NCBI GenBank assembly: GCA_963792585.1
Contig: CAWBWI010000001.1
Location: forward strand, 1,675,624-1,739,623
Direction: 5' to 3'
Source of the DNA: Candidatus Eiseniibacteriota bacterium
Lineage (GTDB): Bacteria; Eisenbacteria; RBG-16-71-46; CAIMUX01; VGJL01
Length of the DNA: 64,000 nucleotides
Within the stretch, counting starts at the first letter, position 1; each line of letters opens with the position of its first letter. The notes under the pieces are model-generated. The model worked only from the letters and a program-made list of their open reading frames with translations, was not told where the DNA came from and did no database searches. The position numbers and the translations under genes were made by a program. Shown here one piece after another: positions 1-8,695 of the stretch.

Positions 1-119
1 AGGCGCGCTATCTCAAGAAGGGCTCCATCCGCCGGGAAGAAGGCCGTGTCCGCTACCGCGTCAGCGAATCGAAGACCGACCTCGTCACTATCCGGATCGG
101 CGCGGCGGTGGAGTTCTAG
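1..119 (+). CDS. 3' end of a CDS truncated by the window edge; possible outer-membrane beta-barrel protein
   Basis: Frame from nt 3 reads ARYLKKGSIRREEGRVRYRVSESKTDLVTIRIGAAVEF* (TAG 117-119). The alternating hydrophobic strand ending in Phe resembles a beta-signal. Confidence 0.5.
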   Translation, partial: ARYLKKGSIRREEGRVRYRVSESKTDLVTIRIGAAVEF

Positions 120-144
120 AGACCGACCGTGAGTCCCAGCGGGA

Positions 145-168
145 CGCGGCGGGACGGCCCCCGCCGCG
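145..168 (+). terminator. GC-rich hairpin after the truncated upstream gene
   Basis: Inverted repeat CGCGGCGGG (145-153) / CCCGCCGCG (160-168); no U-tract. Confidence 0.3.
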
Positions 169-332
169 ATCCCCAAGCCCACACTACAGCCTCCTTGTAG
201 CAACGAGAATGTGTTCACAATCAATTCCTCACAATCGCCTTGTCCTCAAGCAATAAAACTCCATAGGATCCTCGGTTCGCTGAATACGGCCGCCGCGACG
301 CGATTGACATGAAATCCCAAGGAGGGGCGACC

Positions 333-1133
333 GTGGCCAAGGAACAGGACAAGATCAGTCAAACTTTGAAGCAACTCGCCGAACAGGCGCGTTTGGATTC
401 GATCGGCAGCATCGACTACCTCACGAACGCCAAGGCGATCGCTCTCGCCGACGGCAAGGTCCAGGATGCCATCAAGGAAGTTCTGAAACGAGACATGCGA
501 CTGACGGAGATTCGCCCCATGCGCGGCTTCGGCTCCGGCCTCATGTCCTTCCCCATCCAATTGGTATTCCGTTCGGGAACCGGTGACAGCCCGATCGATC
601 TCGAGACCGTGTCCTTGGTCGTCACGGTGGAGATCCCCACGCGCTCGGTCAAGCGCGTCGCCGAGGCTCCCGCCGGGATCGAGGGAGCTGCGGGGGACAT
701 CCCCTTCTCGATCGCGGCGACGGCGCACGCCCCCTATCGCGGCGCGCCGCTCACCGAACTCCAGGGCAGGACGATGCGGGAGAGCGCATTCTACGCCGGC
801 CTCGGATTCCCCGTGGGTGCAGGTCGCCCGTCGGCGGGGCAGTGGACGATCGACGACTACAAGACCAGCGACACCCCCACGGGAACGGACACCGGGAGCA
901 CCTCCTACTCCGACGGCGTGGCCGACGACTCGGAGGTCGACGATTCGGGTTCCGACGAGCCAGTCATCGACGACCACATCACCGAGGGGCACCCGGGAGA
1001 TCCCGGATACTGGTCGCCGTTCGATCCGGGCCGCCCTTTCGGAGGCGATCTCCCCCGACCCGGCGACCGTCCGGGTGTCGGCCCGCGACCGGATCCGCGA
1101 GGAGGCACTGCCCGCAAGCGGTCCGGACGATGA
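333..1133 (+). CDS. Putative large graspetide (ATP-grasp RiPP) precursor/substrate protein, 266 aa
   Basis: GTG 333 follows AGGAGG (320-325); alternative ATG at 309. Contains the Thr/Ser/Asp-rich segment WTIDDYKTSDTPTGTDTGSTSYSDGVADDSEVDDSGSDEPVIDDHITE. Its stop overlaps the ATP-grasp start (ATGA 1130-1133). Confidence 0.7.
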   Translation: MAKEQDKISQTLKQLAEQARLDSIGSIDYLTNAKAIALADGKVQDAIKEVLKRDMRLTEIRPMRGFGSGLMSFPIQLVFRSGTGDSPIDLETVSLVVTVEIPTRSVKRVAEAPAGIEGAAGDIPFSIAATAHAPYRGAPLTELQGRTMRESAFYAGLGFPVGAGRPSAGQWTIDDYKTSDTPTGTDTGSTSYSDGVADDSEVDDSGSDEPVIDDHITEGHPGDPGYWSPFDPGRPFGGDLPRPGDRPGVGPRPDPRGGTARKRSGR

Positions 1134-2056
1134 TTCTCCTGATCGCGGAGCCGCAGGATGTCCACGCACGCGTGGTGGCGCGCCGCCTCGAGCTGCGCGG
1201 TGTCTCTCATGCGATCGTGAACTCAGCCGATTTTCCACAGCGCCTGAGGATCTCCGCGCGCTATGCGGATGGCCGCTTCGCGATCCGCATGGCGAACGGC
1301 TCCCCCATCGTCCAGGACGAGGAGATCCAGGGCGTCTGGTTGCGCCGATTCCACGCGCACGACATCTCGACGGCGATCTCTGACGAGGCGGTTGCCGCAT
1401 TCGCCTATCGGGAGGCGCGCGAGCTGTTCCTTGGCTGGACGGCCAGCGTGCGCAATGTCATCAATCCTCGCAGCGAGGAGTGGCGGGCGGAGCTGAAGCC
1501 GTTCCAGCTCTTCGCTGCGCAGGAAGTCGGCCTGCGAATCCCGCGAACCCTGGTCTCGAACGACCCGGCCGAGATCCACGCGTTCGCCGACTCGCTCGGC
1601 GGCGAGGCGATCTTCAAGGTCCTCTCGGCGACACCGTTCCAGTTCACGGCAACTACGGTCCTCGAGGAACGTCATCTGGCGATGCTCGATGCCGCGCCCC
1701 TCGCGCCCACGATATTCCAGGAACGGATCCGGGCCGACCGGCACCTGCGCGTGACGGTGGTGGACGACCATGTCTTCACGGCGGCGATCGAGCCGGTCCG
1801 CGAGGAGGGGATGCTCGACTGGAGGCTGGATCGCGACCCGAAGATGGAACCCTACGACCTACCCGAATCGATCGAGCAGGGCGTGCTGGCGTTGCGCCGC
1901 CGGCTCGGATTGCGGTTTGGGGCGATCGACATGATCCTCGACACCAAGGGCGAGTACGTATTCCTGGAGATCAACCCGGGCGGGCAGTGGCTCTTCGCCG
2001 AGATTCATGCGGGGCTGCCGATCTCGGACGCGATCGCGGATGCGCTGATCGGGTAG
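1130..2056 (+). CDS. MvdC/MvdD-family ATP-grasp RiPP maturase (graspetide synthetase), 308 aa
   Basis: Start MILLIAEPQDVHA at ATG 1130. Motifs: INP..E.RAELKPFQL..A..VGLRIPRTLVSN, IFKVL, PTIFQERI..DRHLRVTVV, DWR, LGLRFGAIDMI..GEYVFLEINPGGQWLF.E...GLPISDAIADAL. Confidence 0.9.
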   Translation: MILLIAEPQDVHARVVARRLELRGVSHAIVNSADFPQRLRISARYADGRFAIRMANGSPIVQDEEIQGVWLRRFHAHDISTAISDEAVAAFAYREARELFLGWTASVRNVINPRSEEWRAELKPFQLFAAQEVGLRIPRTLVSNDPAEIHAFADSLGGEAIFKVLSATPFQFTATTVLEERHLAMLDAAPLAPTIFQERIRADRHLRVTVVDDHVFTAAIEPVREEGMLDWRLDRDPKMEPYDLPESIEQGVLALRRRLGLRFGAIDMILDTKGEYVFLEINPGGQWLFAEIHAGLPISDAIADALIG

Positions 2057-2058
2057 GC

Positions 2059-2083
2059 GGAACGGGACGTGGCCGCCCGTTCC
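2059..2083 (+). terminator. Hairpin just after the ATP-grasp stop codon
   Basis: GGAACGGG (2059-2066) / CCCGTTCC (2076-2083), followed by a second short hairpin; no U-tract. Confidence 0.3.
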
Positions 2084-2179
2084 CGCCGCGGAGATCCCCT
2101 GGCGGATCTGCCTGGTGCGCTCCTCGCCCCTCTGCGTTAGCCTCCCCGGAGAGCCGGCAACCCACTCCGAGGAGGACCC

Positions 2180-4168
2180 ATGCCGCACCCCCCACAGCCC
2201 GATTTCACGAAGCTCCCGATCGATCGCGAGGATGTATGGCAAGGCGGGATGTTCCGCTTTCCCTCCTGGGTCGAGCCCCGGGGGGATCGTGCCCCCTTCC
2301 GACCCTGGCTTGCCATCTGGTGCAGCGGCGTGACCGGGCATGCGTTTTCGCCAAAGCTCGGCGAGGATCCGGCCAGAGACGCCGGTCTCCTCATCGGTGC
2401 GCTCCGGGAGACGTTTCGCAAGGCCGGCAGGGAGGCGTCCCTCCCCGCCCGACTTCAAGTGAGCGATCCTGAAGACGCAGCGATCGTTCGCGCGGCGGTC
2501 GAGGGTACCGGCGTCATCGTCGAGGTCGCCGATCGACTGGAAGCCTTCACGGAGTTCCGGGACGAGATGCGGAAGCATGCTCGGCAGGATCAGACGATCG
2601 ATCCCCTCACCGACGATCCGGAGATCAGCGTGGAGCAGGTGCGCTCATTCGCGGAGGCGGCGGCCGCCTTCTACCTCTACGAGCCCTGGGATCATTTCGA
2701 CCAGGACGACCTCATCGAAATCGAGTGCGACCTTGCCGACGCGAAGCTCCGCCTGGCCACGGTCATGGGATCCGGAAACGAGGAGTTCGGGATCTTCTTC
2801 ATGGAATCGCAGGAGCAGTACGATTCAATCCTCTCGGGCACAGAGAGTGATGGAAGGATCGTCCGTCTGGGCGGAGATTGGGGCGTCACCTTCTGCCCCC
2901 CCTACGAGATCCCCGTCGCGGAGCATGATCTCTGGGAAGACCACGGACTCCCTCTGGCGGACGCCGACGCGTACCCTTGCCCCGTGAGGATCGGCCCGAG
3001 CCGGCGGGTCGGGCGCCCCAACGCTCGCCAGCTTGCCTATTTCGAGGGACTGATGCGCGCTCTGACGCAGTCGACCGAGGACGAGATGGATTCCGGGCGA
3101 TGGGAGAAGACGGTCTCCACGAGTTCGGGGATGACTACGATCCGGCTGCGTCTCCCGGGCGTCTTGGCGGACGAGGCCGGCGATCCCGCCGCGCAGTCAG
3201 GTCTGCGAACGGACCGCCGTGGTATCGAGAAGGGGATCTCGGAGATCCAGCGTTTCATGGCCACGCAGAATTTCAGCAACATCGAGGAGGCGGAGGCCGC
3301 GATCCAGTCGCGGTTCCTCGGTCGCTCGATCGACAGTTTCCCGTCCACCGCAGCCACACCACTCGAACGGGCGCAGGAGATCATGTACGACGCATTCGAG
3401 GCCCGTGGCCGGACAAGGATCAAGCTCGCTCGCCGGGCCTTGGCGATCTCGCCCGACTGCGCGGACGCATACGGCTTGCTTGCCGCGCGCACGAACAACT
3501 TGGACAAGGCGCGGGATCTCCTGAAGGAGGCGGTCGCGGCCGGCGAGCGCGCGGTCCGATCCCTCGGCATCGATGCCGGAGAGATCGCATGGGGCGATAT
3601 CCGGTGTCGGCCCTACCTTCGCGCCCGCTTCGCGCTTGCGGGGGTTCTCAGAGGATTCGGAGAAGTCGAAGACGCGTTGCGGGAGTTCGTCGAGATTCTG
3701 CGAACGGACCCGGACGATCATCAGGGGGTCCGGTACGAACTGCTGACGTTGCTGCTCGAGCTCAAGAAGGACCGTGAGGCTCACGCTCTTCTCGAGCAAT
3801 TCCCGGACGAGGGCGGCGCGCTGTGGCCTTACGCGCGCGCACTGCTCGCCTACAGACAGGAAGGCGGAAGCGCCGAGGCAGATCGACTGGCCGATCGCGC
3901 CCTGAAGGCGAACCCCTTCATGTGGAAGTTCCTCGCCGGGACTCAAGATCCGCCGTTCGACGTGCCGGAGGCCTATCGGCCGGGCAGCCGGGAGGAAGCG
4001 ATCGTCTTCGCCGAGGATCTCGCGCCGATCTGGCAGGACACGCCGGGAGCGGCAGAGTGGATCCGGTCGCGGGGACGGAGTCGATCGAAGGAGAAGGCCG
4101 GCGGCGGGAAGTCCGGCGCCGGTGGGCGTGGGAAACCGAAAGGGCCAAAGAAGCAGAAGCCACGCTGA
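2180..4168 (+). CDS. Hypothetical protein with C-terminal TPR/ST7-like helical repeat region
   Basis: 662-aa ORF with GAGGAGG RBS. C-terminal ERAQEIMYDAF..ARRALAISPDCADAY..RPYLRAR..DPDDHQGVRY pattern of TPR-like repeats; basic tail. Confidence 0.7.
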   Translation: MPHPPQPDFTKLPIDREDVWQGGMFRFPSWVEPRGDRAPFRPWLAIWCSGVTGHAFSPKLGEDPARDAGLLIGALRETFRKAGREASLPARLQVSDPEDAAIVRAAVEGTGVIVEVADRLEAFTEFRDEMRKHARQDQTIDPLTDDPEISVEQVRSFAEAAAAFYLYEPWDHFDQDDLIEIECDLADAKLRLATVMGSGNEEFGIFFMESQEQYDSILSGTESDGRIVRLGGDWGVTFCPPYEIPVAEHDLWEDHGLPLADADAYPCPVRIGPSRRVGRPNARQLAYFEGLMRALTQSTEDEMDSGRWEKTVSTSSGMTTIRLRLPGVLADEAGDPAAQSGLRTDRRGIEKGISEIQRFMATQNFSNIEEAEAAIQSRFLGRSIDSFPSTAATPLERAQEIMYDAFEARGRTRIKLARRALAISPDCADAYGLLAARTNNLDKARDLLKEAVAAGERAVRSLGIDAGEIAWGDIRCRPYLRARFALAGVLRGFGEVEDALREFVEILRTDPDDHQGVRYELLTLLLELKKDREAHALLEQFPDEGGALWPYARALLAYRQEGGSAEADRLADRALKANPFMWKFLAGTQDPPFDVPEAYRPGSREEAIVFAEDLAPIWQDTPGAAEWIRSRGRSRSKEKAGGGKSGAGGRGKPKGPKKQKPR

Positions 4169-4276
4169 ACCGCTCGATCCGGCTTCCGGGTTTACGAGAG
4201 ATTCGTTTCGCGGGGCAACCGACGCCGCTCACAGGTGCATGAAGGAATCATCCTCCGCCGAGGTGATGCTGGAGTC

Positions 4277-7200
4277 CTAGACAGGCGTATCCCCGCCAGC
4301 GACCAATCCCCGAAGCCTCTCCACCTCGCGTCTGGCGTACGGCGACTGGCAATTGGCGACGATCGAGGCGTAAGCGGCAAGCGTCTCCCGCGCCTCATCC
4401 GGCCGGCCGAGGGCGAGGAGAGTCTCGACGTGGTCCGGTCCGACAAAGAGATGAACCACCGTCGATTCCGACCTTCCCAGCATCGCGAGGGTCTCATCGA
4501 TCAGACGCAGGGCCTTGTCGAACCGGCCTTGCCGGATCCGGATGTGGGCCATGCAACGCCAGGCCTCCCCCTTCATGTGCGTCAGGTCGAGGGCCTCGGC
4601 GCGCTCGATTCCCTGGAGACCGACCACCTCCGCCTCCTCCAGATGGCCGAGCTCGGCTAGGGCCCAACCGAGGTAGCAGACCAAGAGGCAGCCGAGACGG
4701 CGCTCGTCCAGGGCGTTGGCGAGCGTGATCCCTTCACGGAATTCACGCTCCGCACGATCCAGGTCCCCCAGCATACCCGCGCACAGCCCCGCGTACATGT
4801 ACGACCATGCCAGTCGCTCGCGCGAGTGCATCCGCCGAGCGATCTCGCGTTCCCGATCGGCGTAGACGAGTCCTTCCTTCCACTCGCCCGTGCTGACCGC
4901 ATCTTCTCCCAGGAACTCGTAGCCGACCGCGATGGCGAGAGGGATCCCGAACTTCTCCCCGAAGGCGATCACAGTGCGCGCCCAGCGGTCGGCGTCGTCG
5001 AAGAGGCCGAGGTGCTGATGTGCGCCGGCGAGATATGCGTAAAGCGGGATCAATGCGGCCGCCTGAGGGGAGCCGATCTGCGTCTGATCGGGCGCCGGCG
5101 CGGCCAGGGCGGCCGCCTGCTCCATCAACTCGATCGCCTTGCGATGACGTCCGGCGAGGTGGTGGAAGCGGCCCGCGACGGTCATCGCATAGGCGACCTC
5201 GAACGGCTCCGTCTTGGGATCGAGCAACTCGAGCGCCTGCTGGACGTAAACGAGCCCCCGGGGATCGGCGTTCGTCACGAGCGCGCTCGCGGCCAGCGAC
5301 TGCAGCCGAGCCCGGTGCAGCGGTTCGGTCGCGAGCGCGAGCGCCCGCTCGAAGTGCTCGCATGAGCCCACGAACTCGCCACGCAGCATGAACGCCCGTC
5401 CGATCGATTCTTCCAGCGCGACCTGCTCCGCGGGCAAACGGAGCGCCTCGGCGCACTCGAGCGCTCGGGTGTAGGCCGCGATCGCCTCGTCGTACGCGAA
5501 GACCTGCTCGGCTGCGGCCGCGGCCTCCTTCGCGAACGCGAGTCCCCGTTCATGATCGCCCGCCTGGATGAAGTGGTGCGCAAGCGTTTCCGCCGGCACA
5601 ACGGCGCGTCGGCGGAGGAGCTCGAGCCCCTCCGCGATCCGGAGGTGGAGTCGGCGGCGACGGACCGGGTTCATCTCCTCGTAGAGGACCTCTCGGATCT
5701 TGTCGTGTGTGAAAGCGAAGGAATCGCCGCGTTCCGCGGCGATCAGTTGCGCGGCCGCCGCCTCATCGAGCGCGTCGAGGATTGCGTCCTCGCCGCGGTC
5801 GCCGGCGGCAATCACGAGCTTCTCGAAATCGAAGATCTTCCCAAGGACGGAGGCGGCGCGGAGGATCTCGTTGCACTCGGGGCGCACACGGTCGAGGCGA
5901 TTGCCGATCGCGGCCTTCATGCTCTGCGGGATCGACAGCTCGGTGATCTCGCTGCGCGTCCACTCCCCACCTTCGCGCCGGACGGACCCCTGTTCGATCA
6001 GCGACTTCAGGACTTCCTCGACGAAGAACGGGTTTCCCTCGGTCTCCTTCTGAACCGCCTCCGCGAACTCGAGGCTCACGTCCTCCCCCAGGAGCGCTCC
6101 GAGCTGCGCCCGCGTCTCCTCGACCGCAAAGCGGCGCAGGGCGATTCGGGTCGTGAGGCGTTCTCGATTCCAGTCGACCAACGCCTTCCCGAGCGGGTGG
6201 GCCCTGTCGAGATCCGTCTCGCGGTACGACGCGGCAACGAGGAGCCGCTCCTCCCTGAGGTTCCGCATGAGATGTCCCAGGAGCCAGAGGGTGCTGGCGT
6301 CGGCCCAGTGAAGATCGTCGATGTAGAAGAGCAGGCCGCGACGCAGCGACAGCTCGCGCAGGGTCTGCGCGACCGCGTCGAAGAACAGGAGGCGCTCTTC
6401 TTGCGGCGACAGCTGGGGCCGGTCCGGGAACGGACCGAGGCGGGTTTCCAGCTCGGGAGCGAGCTTTGCGATCTGGGGCGCGTTCTCCCCGAGGAGCGCG
6501 CGCAGGGTCCCGTCGTTCGCAGTCTCACGCACCCAGCGGCGGAAGGCTTCGACGAACGGCAGATACGGGGTCGTTGCCTCGTACTCGTAGCAGCCCCCGG
6601 CCATGACGATCGCGCCGTCGAGTGCTCCCTGGATCTGGAGTTCCCGGGCGAGCCGGGTCTTTCCCGCACCGGGCTCTCCGCTCACGAGAACGCAGTGGCC
6701 GCGCCGGTCGAGCGCCCGCCTCCAAAGATCCCGCGCTTCGGACAACTCGCGGGAGCGTCCGACGAGACGACCTCGCGAAAGGGCGTCCAGAAGCGCCACG
6801 GCGCCGGTATCCCCCGTCGTCGCGACGGCCGGAGCGGCGAGCGCATCCCGCAGCGCGGCCGCAGTCTCGGCGGCGGTCGCGAAGCGCTGCTCGGGATTCT
6901 TGGCGAGGAGGCGCAGGATGACACTCTCGATCGTCACCGGCAGGTCGGGCCGGATCACGCGGGGTGGGACGACGGGCGCGTGAACGTGCTGCGAGATGAC
7001 GGCGAGCGGATCGTCGCCCGTGAATGGAAGACGTCCCGTGGTCAGCTCATAGAGGACGACACCCAAGGCGTAGAGGTCGGCGCGACCGTCGATGGAACGC
7101 CCCAGCGCCTGTTCGGGAGCCATGTACCCCACACTGCCCGCGATCCCTTCGGCATGGGTCAGGGAGGAATCGCGCACGGGCATCGCAATCCCAAGGTCGG

Positions 7201-7705
7201 CGAGCTTGATGTTCGTGCGCCCGTCACCCTCGACGAGAAGTACGTTCTCCGGCTTCAGATCGCGGTGTACCAGATGGTGGCTGTGGGCATGCTCGAGCGC
7301 TTCGCAGACCTGGCAGCCGATGTCGACGATCCCCGAAAGGTCCTGCGGCGCAACCTGGCGGAGGGTCCTCCCGAGCACGAGCTCCATCACGAAGAATGGC
7401 ACGCCATGCTCCTCACCGACGTCGTGCACCGCCACCACGCGCGGGTGGTTCAGCGCCGCAGCCGCGCGGGCCTCACTCAGGAGACGGCCGCGCGCGTTGG
7501 GACTCGAGGCCGTCTCGGGGAGCACTTTGATCGCCACCTCCCGCTTCAGCTCGAGATCGGTGGCACGGAAGACGATGCCCATCCCCCCTCGCCCGAGTTC
7601 CGAGTCGAGGCGGTAGCGCCCGCGCAATACGACCCCCGGGACGAGGCGGATTCCGGCGATCGCTCTTGAATCGGTGACGCGGGTCTCTTCGGGATCGGGA
7701 TTCAT
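4277..7705 (-). CDS. Ser/Thr protein kinase - AAA/STAND ATPase - TPR protein
   Basis: GRGGMG, VAIK, HRDLKPEN, DLG, YMAPE; Walker A GEPGAGKT; Walker B IDDLHWAD; TEGNPFF; TPR-like C-terminus; no clear TM helix. Confidence 0.92.
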   Translation of the reverse strand: MNPDPEETRVTDSRAIAGIRLVPGVVLRGRYRLDSELGRGGMGIVFRATDLELKREVAIKVLPETASSPNARGRLLSEARAAAALNHPRVVAVHDVGEEHGVPFFVMELVLGRTLRQVAPQDLSGIVDIGCQVCEALEHAHSHHLVHRDLKPENVLLVEGDGRTNIKLADLGIAMPVRDSSLTHAEGIAGSVGYMAPEQALGRSIDGRADLYALGVVLYELTTGRLPFTGDDPLAVISQHVHAPVVPPRVIRPDLPVTIESVILRLLAKNPEQRFATAAETAAALRDALAAPAVATTGDTGAVALLDALSRGRLVGRSRELSEARDLWRRALDRRGHCVLVSGEPGAGKTRLARELQIQGALDGAIVMAGGCYEYEATTPYLPFVEAFRRWVRETANDGTLRALLGENAPQIAKLAPELETRLGPFPDRPQLSPQEERLLFFDAVAQTLRELSLRRGLLFYIDDLHWADASTLWLLGHLMRNLREERLLVAASYRETDLDRAHPLGKALVDWNRERLTTRIALRRFAVEETRAQLGALLGEDVSLEFAEAVQKETEGNPFFVEEVLKSLIEQGSVRREGGEWTRSEITELSIPQSMKAAIGNRLDRVRPECNEILRAASVLGKIFDFEKLVIAAGDRGEDAILDALDEAAAAQLIAAERGDSFAFTHDKIREVLYEEMNPVRRRRLHLRIAEGLELLRRRAVVPAETLAHHFIQAGDHERGLAFAKEAAAAAEQVFAYDEAIAAYTRALECAEALRLPAEQVALEESIGRAFMLRGEFVGSCEHFERALALATEPLHRARLQSLAASALVTNADPRGLVYVQQALELLDPKTEPFEVAYAMTVAGRFHHLAGRHRKAIELMEQAAALAAPAPDQTQIGSPQAAALIPLYAYLAGAHQHLGLFDDADRWARTVIAFGEKFGIPLAIAVGYEFLGEDAVSTGEWKEGLVYADREREIARRMHSRERLAWSYMYAGLCAGMLGDLDRAEREFREGITLANALDERRLGCLLVCYLGWALAELGHLEEAEVVGLQGIERAEALDLTHMKGEAWRCMAHIRIRQGRFDKALRLIDETLAMLGRSESTVVHLFVGPDHVETLLALGRPDEARETLAAYASIVANCQSPYARREVERLRGLVAGGDTPV

Positions 7706-7756
7706 GGAGGGAGGATACCACTCGGGTGTGGGGCGGACTTCACTGGATCCAGCCTC

Positions 7757-8695
7757 CTATGGATCGGTCCGGCTCTCGTGCGGGTGCGCGTCAGCCCCCC
7801 AGATCGGAACATATCCACACTCCTCCACGATCCGCTGTCCCTCCGCCCCAAGCACCCAGTCGATGAACTCCTTGATGGGGCCCTCAGGCGGCGCGGCGGC
7901 GTAGAGGTACAGGTAGCGCGCAATCGGGTAGGCGCCCGAGCGCACATTCGTCGGCGTCGGCGCAACTTCGTCGATCCGGCAATGGTAGACTTGATTGCCG
8001 AAAGCGAGACCACCGAAACCGATTGCGGCGCGGTCGTGCGCGACTGCATCCGCAAGCGCCCAGGTCCCTGATATCGTCGCGGCAGCAGGTGCGTATTCGT
8101 CCCCTTGAAGGACGTGCTCTTGAAGGAAGGCGCGCGTTCCGGAGTTTGGCTCCCGGATACATACCCGGACCCGCTCATCCAGTCCCCCCACATCTCTCCA
8201 GTTCTGGATACTCCCATTCAGCAACTCGCGCACCTGATCAAGGCTCAGATTCCGTACCGGGTTTCCGAAGTTCAGATAGATGCTCAACGCGTCCCGCGCG
8301 CTGAGGATCTGGATCCCGACGCTCCCCGTCCGCTCGAGCAGGCGCCGCGTTTCGTCGGCGGAGAGCGGCCGCGACGAGGTGCACAGATCGGTCTTCCCCT
8401 TGATCAACGCCTCCACCCCCGCGCGTGAACCACCGCCATCGACACGCACGACCACTCCCTGGTGGCTGCGCATGAATTCCTCCGCCCAGCGGCGTCCCAG
8501 GAACGCCATCGTGTCCGAACCCTGTATGTGGATCTCTCTACCGTCGGCGGGGCGGACGGCTGGCGCCGGCCGGGGCGCTGCGCAACCGCAAACTCCGAGC
8601 GCGAGGACGATCCCACAGAGGAGAGACTTCCGGACAATGGGCCGGCGCACGAGGACGCCCCATCGAGTTGATTCGCGAGGACGAGGTGTCTTCAT
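7757..8695 (-). CDS. pstS: PstS-family phosphate ABC transporter substrate-binding lipoprotein
   Basis: IQGSDTM, GGGSRAG, SSR, REPNSGT, GAYPIARYLYLY motifs; lipobox-like LGVCGC. ATG 8695 overlaps the M28 peptidase stop. Confidence 0.85.
   Translation of the reverse strand: MKTPRPRESTRWGVLVRRPIVRKSLLCGIVLALGVCGCAAPRPAPAVRPADGREIHIQGSDTMAFLGRRWAEEFMRSHQGVVVRVDGGGSRAGVEALIKGKTDLCTSSRPLSADETRRLLERTGSVGIQILSARDALSIYLNFGNPVRNLSLDQVRELLNGSIQNWRDVGGLDERVRVCIREPNSGTRAFLQEHVLQGDEYAPAAATISGTWALADAVAHDRAAIGFGGLAFGNQVYHCRIDEVAPTPTNVRSGAYPIARYLYLYAAAPPEGPIKEFIDWVLGAEGQRIVEECGYVPIWGADAHPHESRTDP

Noticed and set aside
842-1129. 96-aa N-terminal extension of the ATP-grasp ORF (404-aa call from 842)
   Set aside because: Arg-rich off-frame read of the precursor gene; family similarity begins at MILLI (ATG 1130), which overlaps the upstream stop.
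246-1400. 384-aa minus-strand ORF and the 583-1383 plus-strand ORF
   Set aside because: Arg/Pro-rich shadow frames typical of high-GC DNA, overlapping better-supported genes.
4277-7705. Kinase-STAND-TPR proteins as Avs-type antiphage systems
   Set aside because: The architectures match widespread regulatory kinase/ATPase proteins, two are sigma-coupled, and there is no defence-island context; not excluded, but unsupported.
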